Of a DNA stretch of 64,000 nucleotides, positions 57,304 through 64,000 are shown one piece after another; position 1 is the first letter of the stretch, and every line of letters starts with the position of its first letter. A model generated the notes under the pieces. It was not told the DNA's origin. It made no database searches and was given only the letters and a program-made list of their open reading frames with translations. The DNA is from Minisyncoccota bacterium. Its GTDB lineage: Bacteria > Patescibacteriota > Microgenomatia > UBA1400 > UBA12028. The translations under genes and the position numbers were made by a program. The stretch spans positions 3,276 through 67,275 of the forward strand of contig DNEP01000006.1 in assembly GCA_003487265.1 (NCBI GenBank), given 5' to 3'.

Positions 57304-58098
57304 GTGCTACCAAGTTCGTCATGCTACGATATATCTATGAAAAACCTCATCATCAAACTTTGTGTAGCGGTGTCATATCTCGCGATGATATGGGTGAATT
57401 ATCTGGCCAACGCCCTCCCGATCAACAACCGCTCCACCGGTGCCATCTCGGACGCCTATCCTAATTTGTTTGCTCCTGCGGGGATCACCTTTTCCATTTG
57501 GGGGCTCATTTATTTTTTGTTGGCTGGATATGTCATTTTTCAATTCACCACGCGCGGTCAGCAAAAAGAAAAACTGATCGCGAAGATCAATCCGCTGTTC
57601 ATTGCGACCTCACTGATCAATATGTTGTGGATTTTTGCTTGGCATTACGATTATATTGGCGTTTCGGTGATTCTGATGTCCGCGTTTCTTGTGCTCCTCA
57701 TTAAGATTGCCGATACACTTCGCACAGAATCAATGACCGCGCAAGAAAAACTGTTCATCTCCACACCTTTTTTTGTGTACTTTGGTTGGATCACTGTGGC
57801 GACGATCGCAAACATCACGGTTTTTTTGGTGAGCACTGGATGGACAGGATTTGGAATCGCGGATTATATCTGGACAAGCGCCGTTCTTCTTGTTGGAACG
57901 TTGATCGGCATTCTGCGTCTGCGCAAAGATAAACAGATCGCGTATGGCTTGGTTTTTTTATGGGCGTACCTGGGTATCTTGCTCAAACACACAACAGCGG
58001 GCGGTTTTGATGGAAAATATCCCAGCGTGATTGTCACGGTGATCGCATGTCTTGTATCACAACTAGTGTTTATTCTCAGATTGCGTAGTAAAAACTAA
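57304..58098 (+). CDS. Polytopic membrane protein (TspO/MBR-related family candidate)
   Basis: 'ANALPINNRSTGAISDAYPNLFAPAGITFSIWGLIYFLL' resembles a family annotated as TspO/MBR-like in Firmicutes. 6 or more TM helices. Confidence 0.35.
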   Translation: MLPSSSCYDISMKNLIIKLCVAVSYLAMIWVNYLANALPINNRSTGAISDAYPNLFAPAGITFSIWGLIYFLLAGYVIFQFTTRGQQKEKLIAKINPLFIATSLINMLWIFAWHYDYIGVSVILMSAFLVLLIKIADTLRTESMTAQEKLFISTPFFVYFGWITVATIANITVFLVSTGWTGFGIADYIWTSAVLLVGTLIGILRLRKDKQIAYGLVFLWAYLGILLKHTTAGGFDGKYPSVIVTVIACLVSQLVFILRLRSKN

Positions 58099-58111
58099 AG
58101 GAGACACTTTC

Positions 58112-58597
58112 ATGAAAAATCAAATAGATGAAAACGAATGTTGTCCAAAATTTGATCCAGCGCCTTGGAACGAAAAAACATTTCATTGGGACAATAAAAA
58201 ATTCATTCAAGATCGCGTGAGAACATTTTTTTATATTCCCCTTAACTTTGGTTCGGTGATGACGCGATCGGTGAAAAAGATCGAGGACGCGAAAGCAAAA
58301 ATGTTGGAAGGCGTGGTGTTATCTGAATCTACGTCCAAATGGAACATGGATCTGTACATCGCCGTTGATCAACACATTCACAACGCGGAAAACACAACGA
58401 TGAACGGAAAGTTTGTGAGTAAAGTCTACGAGGGAAGTTTTCAAAATATGGGGATCTGGATGAAAGACTTTGAACAATTCGCGCAAGCAAAAAAGCTTTC
58501 TCTCACAAAAACGTACATGTGGTACACCACGTGTCCTCAATGTGCAAAGAAATATGGCAAGAACTATGTGGTGATTGTTGGAAAACTCGCCGACTAA
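58112..58597 (+). CDS. Hypothetical protein
   Basis: 161 aa, soluble, Cys pairs near both termini ('CCPKF', 'CPQC'), no assignable family. Confidence 0.35.
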   Translation: MKNQIDENECCPKFDPAPWNEKTFHWDNKKFIQDRVRTFFYIPLNFGSVMTRSVKKIEDAKAKMLEGVVLSESTSKWNMDLYIAVDQHIHNAENTTMNGKFVSKVYEGSFQNMGIWMKDFEQFAQAKKLSLTKTYMWYTTCPQCAKKYGKNYVVIVGKLAD

Positions 58598-58601
58598 TGG
58601 A

Positions 58602-59606
58602 TTAATTCGCGCTTTTTTTCAATCTCAATACCGTGAGCAGAAGTGGTAATCCAACTCCAAAAACACCATACACGATCCAAAAATGTGGAATGACGCTTTT
58701 CCCATACAGTTCATAATAATATGATGCAGAAATTCCCGTGAGCGCAATCAAAATAAGATGTACAACTTTGAACGCGAGGAACTGACCAAACACAATCTGT
58801 ATGGTGTTTGCCCCAATAAACTGCATCGCGCGTTGCATTTTTTGTGGTGCGTGTTCGAGAAGACGTGCGCACGCATAGGCACAGAAAAATCCAATGAGAG
58901 AATCAAAAATCATAGACGGGTGATGTAGCGCGAGATTGGGAAGATATGAATACTGGTGGACTCTAAACAGCAAATACACGATCGCGCACACAATAAAAAT
59001 CGAGAGACGTGTTTTTGTGAACGATATTTTTTTAAATCTTCCTCCGCGTTGTAGACGCGCGATCATCATTCCAATCCAGATCAATCCAACTCCAAGCAAC
59101 ACATCTTTTGAGATTCCGATCAACTCAGTTTGTGTAAACACCGCGTACTCCCCAATCAGCAATGAAATAATCGGAAAAAGATGAAACGAGATGTGAACTC
59201 GATCAGCAACACGCGTCCACAGAAATAACGCGCACTCAGCGACAAAAAGCACAGGAAGAAACCACGAGGCACCAACAAGAGGATCGGTGTTTGAACCGAT
59301 GATCATTCCAAAAAGATATCGCGGAGAAAAAACTTCTGCAGAAACAACGAGACGCGCAAGGTACACCAAGAAATTCACAATCAAATATGGCAGATATAGT
59401 CGGCGCAAACGTGAAGAAAAAAACTTGATCGCTGATTTTTTCTCAACTGATCGTTCAACCCACAGCATCCCCGCGAGATAAAAAAACAACTGAACGTGGA
59501 AAAGGTACAACATTGCTCGAAACGGGGCGTCGGTGTGCCCAAGCACGATTGCGATAATTCCGATCGCACGAATGTAATCCCATAACGGAATGCGTTGGAG
59601 GTTCAT
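58602..59606 (-). CDS. Acyltransferase family 3 membrane protein
   Basis: N-terminal 'LWDYIRAIGIIAIVLGHT' matches the acyltransferase-3 'D.LRG.A...VV..H' motif. About 10 TM helices. Confidence 0.6.
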   Translation of the reverse strand: MNLQRIPLWDYIRAIGIIAIVLGHTDAPFRAMLYLFHVQLFFYLAGMLWVERSVEKKSAIKFFSSRLRRLYLPYLIVNFLVYLARLVVSAEVFSPRYLFGMIIGSNTDPLVGASWFLPVLFVAECALFLWTRVADRVHISFHLFPIISLLIGEYAVFTQTELIGISKDVLLGVGLIWIGMMIARLQRGGRFKKISFTKTRLSIFIVCAIVYLLFRVHQYSYLPNLALHHPSMIFDSLIGFFCAYACARLLEHAPQKMQRAMQFIGANTIQIVFGQFLAFKVVHLILIALTGISASYYYELYGKSVIPHFWIVYGVFGVGLPLLLTVLRLKKSAN

Positions 59607-59703
59607 ATCGCTTATTATGCCCGAAGATCTGCGAATCTGATATACTTCGCGTATTCGAAAAAAGATTATTCGCGCACAGCCTATTCTTGTAAAAGAATCC
59701 TCG

Positions 59704-59776
59704 CGCTCCCATAGGCTAATGGATAGACCATGAGTTTCCGAAACTTAAAATGAAGGTTCAATTCCTTCTGGGAGCA
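59704..59776 (+). tRNA. tRNA-Arg (anticodon CCG)
   Basis: The sequence is GCTCCCATAGGCTAATGGATAGACCATGAGTTTCCGAAACTTAAAATGAAGGTTCAATTCCTTCTGGGAGCA. Acceptor stem is GCTCCCA/TGGGAGC. Anticodon stem is TGAGT/ACTTA with loop U-U-CCG-A-A. T-stem is GAAGG/CCTTC. Discriminator is A. Confidence 0.7.
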
Positions 59777-59793
59777 CTTTTTGTTAAACGAAC

Positions 59794-60174
59794 TCAATCT
59801 TTAGGAAGCGTATCGAGATATTCTTGTAATAATAATGCTGCAGCAATGGCGTCGATTTTTTTATCTCCCCGTTTCATTTTTTTCATGCGATGTGCTTCAA
59901 CGGATGAAAGTGATTCGTCGACCTCGACCCATTTTACAGGATGCGTATATGAAAAAGATTGAAGCGTTGATAGAAACATACGCGCTTGTTCTGCAATGCG
60001 ACCGTCGGGAATTCCGATAAGCACAACATCCACTTTTCGTGTTTGAATGAGTGCTTGAATATTTTCGGTTGCGCGATCTGTTGGAAAGACTGCGAGCGGT
60101 TCTGCAAACGTTTCAATGTTCATCGCAGTCCCAACGCGAACGGTTCCATAATCAATGCAAAGATACTGTTTCAT
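59794..60174 (-). CDS. ruvX: Holliday-junction resolvase-like protein RuvX/YqgF
   Basis: 'YLCIDYGTVRVGTA' (like the GLDLGTKRIGVA block), 'DESLSSVEA' and 'KIDAIAAALLLQEYL' match the YqgF/RuvX conserved blocks. Confidence 0.75.
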   Translation of the reverse strand: MKQYLCIDYGTVRVGTAMNIETFAEPLAVFPTDRATENIQALIQTRKVDVVLIGIPDGRIAEQARMFLSTLQSFSYTHPVKWVEVDESLSSVEAHRMKKMKRGDKKIDAIAAALLLQEYLDTLPKD

Positions 60175-60183
60175 GTCGCAATC

Positions 60184-61002
60184 TTACTCAAGATTTTCCA
60201 GTTGTGCAAATACAATTCCGCGTCGAAGGTACGTTCCGGGGGGCGTACAGGTGATCAACTTGAGTTCTTTTGTGTCGTGACGCTGAGAAAGAATGTAGGT
60301 ATCGTCTGGTTTTACCTCCATTTTATTCGTGACGCGGTAGGTGTAGGTGATGCCGTCGTAGGTCACGATGATTTTGTCATCCTTTTTTAACTGCATGATC
60401 TTGGTGAAAATGGAAATGTATCGGCGCGGATTTGATTCCGAAGGATTGTAAAAAAGTTGCGATACGGAGTGTCCAAAGATCACCGGCGACCCAAGCTCCC
60501 CCGGATTCGCGGTACCAGGGTACTGAATGAGCGATTTGTCGAGATTTAATCCACCAATATTCACCATTGCGTTGCTGATATTCAAGCTGGGGATACTAAT
60601 GGAATATTGTTCTGCTTTTTCTTCGTCAACCTGTGGAATTTCTTTCCATGGAAACCATTGCGAAAGATTAATGTACTCAAGTTCTTCCTCGATTACAATT
60701 GGTCCGGACTCGCGTTGCTGTGTTTCAACGGGTTTCGCGATGGTTGCAGGGGGAGCTGTTTGCGTTTGAACGGGAGCTGCGGAAAGATACACCTCTTCTT
60801 TTGCCGATGAGATCGGAGAAATGAACAACTGATATGACACAATCGGCCACACCACATTTGCGAGCAACATGCTTCCAATGGTGATTAAACTTGCGGGAAG
60901 GATCGCTTGCTTGTTAAACAAGGAAAACGCCCGAACTGGCTTTGTTGGCGCGGTTACGGGTGGTTGCGTTGGTGTTGCTTTTCGGTACACTTTGATGGGC
61001 AT
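60184..61002 (-). CDS. Sortase-family transpeptidase
   Basis: N-terminal TM anchor. 'SPVIFGHSV' contains the catalytic His, and 'LKLITCTPPGTYLRRGIVF' is the TLxTC Cys motif with the downstream Arg. Confidence 0.65.
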   Translation of the reverse strand: MPIKVYRKATPTQPPVTAPTKPVRAFSLFNKQAILPASLITIGSMLLANVVWPIVSYQLFISPISSAKEEVYLSAAPVQTQTAPPATIAKPVETQQRESGPIVIEEELEYINLSQWFPWKEIPQVDEEKAEQYSISIPSLNISNAMVNIGGLNLDKSLIQYPGTANPGELGSPVIFGHSVSQLFYNPSESNPRRYISIFTKIMQLKKDDKIIVTYDGITYTYRVTNKMEVKPDDTYILSQRHDTKELKLITCTPPGTYLRRGIVFAQLENLE

Positions 61003-61023
61003 AGGCAGTTTTTATTTCTCGTG

Positions 61024-63444
61024 TTATTTCTCGATGGTGATGGTGATTGCGCTTGCGTCCTTTGGCAGTCTTCCAAAAAGCGTTGGAAGAACTGCGGGAG
61101 ATCGTGTGAGCTTGTGAGATTCTATTTCTTTATACGTCGACAACAGCGTGCTGACTTGATCGGGCGTTCTTCCTTGAATTTGCGGAAGAAGGCGGTCGAT
61201 TGCGAACTGTGGTTGGATTTTTGCGCGAACCGCGAGTCGAAGCTCGGTGCCATCCTTGATTTGTTTTTGTGATTGATCCACGGCAAAAACTTCAACTGAA
61301 GTAAGATCAACCGATCCTTTTGCGATTTCCTCTGCAAACAACACTTGAATAATTTCAAGCATCGCATCCTGCGACAGCGTCGCGGATTTGCGCGCGATCG
61401 TCATGGACATTTCGAGTTGCGTCGTTTCATCTCCAAGATCGTGCGAGGTTGTTTTGTCTTTTACCTCGGCAAGATCAAGTGAAATTGTGTTTTGTTGTTG
61501 GGTAGTCGGTTTTTCGAGAAGCTCTTTTTTGAGTTGTGATTCAAGATTTGAAAGATCGGTTTTTGAAACAACTTGAATTTCACTACTTGAACCACCAGAA
61601 AACGCTTGCGCATTTGATGCGATAAACGAGATTTTGTCGAAGTTTGCAACCGTAAACTCGGTTCCCGATGCGACGTTGTAGTTTGGTCCAATCTTTGTTG
61701 CCACAACTTTTACTTCCGCTTTCCCCGGTTGAATCGAAAAATCTGAGCCTGAACTACTTGAGGCGATCTTCACATCCTCGGTTGTGGAAAATACAAGTCC
61801 ACCTGCTCCCGTGAGTTTTGTGTCTTTCGGGAACGTTTTTTCGCTCGAGGTGCGATTGTATAGCGTGACTGTTCCTGAGGAGCTTTCGCCAACTTTATCT
61901 TTTCCTGTGGTTTGCGCATCTTTTTTTCCATCCACAAGATCCTCAACAATTTGTATGGGAATTGAGGTTTCTCCAATCACGAGCGTCTGAGCTTTACTAT
62001 CAATAGTCGCATCAATCTCTTTCGAGATAGGTTCAAGTTTGAGTTTGATTGAAAGCGAAGCGCGCAGTGATGAATCAGCATAGACATATCCACCACCAAT
62101 CGCGAACAAAAGAAGTAACGGTAAGCCAACAAAAAGAAGCAGTTTTTTTACTGGAAGCCGTTTTGTTTGAAGTGCTTCGACGAGTCCTTCGTTTACATCA
62201 TCTGTGCGCATACGATTCACGTGCAGTTTTTGCGTTGTTTTTTGGAAGATGCGCTGTATGAATGCCGTCGAGTTCCTTTGTAAACCGCGGAGAGCGTGCT
62301 CTTTGCGAGGTTCGGGGACAGACTGAATATTCATATCTTCTTGCATGATGTCTTCTGAAAGTTCCTCGTCTGCTGGCATTTGTGTTTGTGTCGGCTGCCA
62401 AGGTGGAGGTAAGACCTCTGACTGCAGATTGTTCTGATTAGAAAAATCAGGAGTCATGAACGAACTATCCTGCTCGATTTCAACAGAATACTTTGGTTGA
62501 GGAGGCAGTGGAGGAAGGGGAAGCTCTTCTTGAGCAGGAGGAACGGGTTTTGGAAGTGGCTCATCTTGTTCATCGGTAGCCGTGAGAGATTCAGATGCGT
62601 TGTTTTGTGCAGTTTGCACGGGCTCTTCTTGAGAAGGATCCAAAATGCCAAGCGCACGTGCAACTTCTGAACCTCCCGCAACACAAACTGCGGAGATCAT
62701 CACGCGTGGCTCGAGCACCTCGACCTTCGGAATGTGCGCAAAAGGAAAGGACGATTTCCAATCATGCGCAAGAAACGTTTGTTTTTCTTCTTCAAGCTGT
62801 TCTTGTTTGAGTCGTTCTGCGCTCAATAATATTCGAGAAGGAAAGTGCGCTGTTTTCATACGCGCAAAACCTTCGGAAAGATCCGCGACTGCATCGCCAC
62901 TGCGACCAATAAACTCTTGTGCTTCGATTTTTCCTGCGGTCACGAGCGAGAGTTGTAGTTGCGATTCGCTGTAGCGCAAGAGAAAAGCGGTTACCGGCGC
63001 ACCCTCAATATCCTGTAAATAATGGGTAAGTGCTTCGTCAGTGACAACAAAACCAATTGGATTGAGTTGCAACTCATCTTTTAAGCTTTTGATTATTTTT
63101 TTCTTTTCATTTTCGATTCCCGATGCGGTAACCCAATCGGCGCGCAGACCCAGCATCACATCATCAACCTTGCTCGCTTCCGCTCCGAGCTCCTCGAGTG
63201 CAACGTCCGCAGCTTCAACGGCATCTTTTGCGTCTTCGCCTGACCACTGAATGGGGCTACTGTACTTCAAAATCTCGACGCCATCGAGCCCCGCCATCCA
63301 CAATCCGGCGGTTATTGCTTCAGATCCAATTTCGAGCGCGAGAAACGTTCGAACTTCGTCTTTTTTTTGTGTACGCGAAAAAATGGAAGGGAGATCCATA
63401 GATCCATTAAAGCAGGAAAATGGGTGCGCGTCCAATTTACGCAA
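61024..63444 (-). CDS. Large membrane protein with an FtsA/PilM-like (actin-fold) N-terminal domain and an extracellular C-terminal region
   Basis: 806 aa. The N-terminal 'TFLALEIGSEAITAGLWMA...ADVALEELG...IGFVVTDEALTHYL' follows the phosphate-1, adenosine and connect pattern of actin-like ATPases. After a P/Q-rich linker there is a TM 'LLLFVGLPLLLLFAIGGGYVYA' and a ~330-aa Ser/Thr-rich ectodomain. Confidence 0.4.
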   Translation of the reverse strand: MRKLDAHPFSCFNGSMDLPSIFSRTQKKDEVRTFLALEIGSEAITAGLWMAGLDGVEILKYSSPIQWSGEDAKDAVEAADVALEELGAEASKVDDVMLGLRADWVTASGIENEKKKIIKSLKDELQLNPIGFVVTDEALTHYLQDIEGAPVTAFLLRYSESQLQLSLVTAGKIEAQEFIGRSGDAVADLSEGFARMKTAHFPSRILLSAERLKQEQLEEEKQTFLAHDWKSSFPFAHIPKVEVLEPRVMISAVCVAGGSEVARALGILDPSQEEPVQTAQNNASESLTATDEQDEPLPKPVPPAQEELPLPPLPPQPKYSVEIEQDSSFMTPDFSNQNNLQSEVLPPPWQPTQTQMPADEELSEDIMQEDMNIQSVPEPRKEHALRGLQRNSTAFIQRIFQKTTQKLHVNRMRTDDVNEGLVEALQTKRLPVKKLLLFVGLPLLLLFAIGGGYVYADSSLRASLSIKLKLEPISKEIDATIDSKAQTLVIGETSIPIQIVEDLVDGKKDAQTTGKDKVGESSSGTVTLYNRTSSEKTFPKDTKLTGAGGLVFSTTEDVKIASSSSGSDFSIQPGKAEVKVVATKIGPNYNVASGTEFTVANFDKISFIASNAQAFSGGSSSEIQVVSKTDLSNLESQLKKELLEKPTTQQQNTISLDLAEVKDKTTSHDLGDETTQLEMSMTIARKSATLSQDAMLEIIQVLFAEEIAKGSVDLTSVEVFAVDQSQKQIKDGTELRLAVRAKIQPQFAIDRLLPQIQGRTPDQVSTLLSTYKEIESHKLTRSPAVLPTLFGRLPKDASAITITIEK

Positions 63445-63446
63445 TG

Positions 63447-63959
63447 TTATGCGCGACCTTCATCTAGCTCAATATCATACGGTTCTAGAATCACATCATT
63501 ATCATCAGCTATTTCAATTTCTGAAATGATGTCCAATAAGACTAAACGAATTTGTGACAGCTGATGCAGATAACATATTTGATTTTTTTGCTCCTGCGTC
63601 AATTGTTGCGAATCATATCCGAGCGAGACAGCCAAAGTATCGAACGATGGTTGTTGTTGCGTAATGCGCTTAGCCAGTTCTTGAATGACCCTTTTTGCAA
63701 TCTTTATCCAGGTTTTGCTTCGTAGATCAAGCGCGTTTTTTTGTTTATTGTTTTCTACTAAATCATAAATATACGTTTGATATCCTCTATATAGTCTATT
63801 TATTTTCCCAGGATTATCGATAATTTTATCAAAGGGAATAATTGATCCAAATACGGTCACAGTTGCTTCTCGTGTTTTTTTCTCAACTGGATCAACTTCA
63901 ATCCAAGAACCAATGTAACTAGGTTTATCTGTAGGAATACTGCCCGAGGGAAGCACCAT
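63447..63959 (-). CDS. Hypothetical protein
   Basis: 170-aa ORF, no motif. It is co-oriented with and directly upstream of the FtsA/PilM-like gene. Confidence 0.3.
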   Translation of the reverse strand: MVLPSGSIPTDKPSYIGSWIEVDPVEKKTREATVTVFGSIIPFDKIIDNPGKINRLYRGYQTYIYDLVENNKQKNALDLRSKTWIKIAKRVIQELAKRITQQQPSFDTLAVSLGYDSQQLTQEQKNQICYLHQLSQIRLVLLDIISEIEIADDNDVILEPYDIELDEGRA

Positions 63960-64000
63960 TTTTGTGTATGTTTGTACACCACTAAATTCTGCATAGTTTG

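Noticed and set aside
1-64000. CRISPR arrays or large direct or inverted repeats
   Set aside because: I saw no regularly spaced short repeats on either strand. The only repetition is the low-complexity coding repeats and the diverged paralog genes.

Overview
This 64-kb window reads like the chromosomal replication-origin region of a small-genome, Gram-positive-like bacterium. Candidate Phyla Radiation / Patescibacteria is my guess from gene content; it is an inference, not a database hit. The conserved origin synteny is clear: jag-yidC-yidD-rnpA-rpmH on the minus strand, then dnaA and dnaN on the plus strand, with clusters of TTATCCACA-type DnaA boxes on both sides of dnaA. Housekeeping genes include valS, rplY, rnhA, ruvX, flavodoxin, uppS, idi and a mevalonate-diphosphate decarboxylase. 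There are four tRNAs: two tRNA-Ser and two tRNA-Arg, one with an unusual GCG anticodon. I also found an ssrA tmRNA on the minus strand that no ORF caller would report.

The most striking content is a ~24-kb block (about 18.8-42.9 kb) that looks like an unconventional type IV secretion or pilus-like envelope apparatus. It contains:
- a VirB4/TraC-family ATPase;
- a PrgI/VirB3-like membrane protein fused to a beta-sandwich extension;
- a 949-aa protein ending in an M23 (LytM) peptidase;
- a VirB6/TrbL-like polytopic membrane protein;
- an 866-aa secreted Cys-rich protein with a lysozyme-like motif;
- three very large proteins (545, 641 and 1169 aa) with no recognisable domains;
- PilN- and PilO-like bitopic proteins, co-oriented with six tandem paralogous small two-helix membrane proteins that share an SGGDKGK-loop motif; a seventh, more divergent copy lies just beyond the terminator.
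No relaxase, VirD4 coupling protein, transposase or integrase appears in the window. The block therefore looks chromosomal and dedicated to surface or host interaction rather than to a conjugative element.

Other notable items:
- a terpene-cyclase-like protein carrying both DxDDTA and DDxxD motifs, next to the isoprenoid genes;
- an ECF sigma / anti-sigma pair;
- a ComF-family gene;
- a sortase next to an 806-aa protein with an FtsA/PilM-like N-terminal domain.
There is no CRISPR array and no obvious mobile element.
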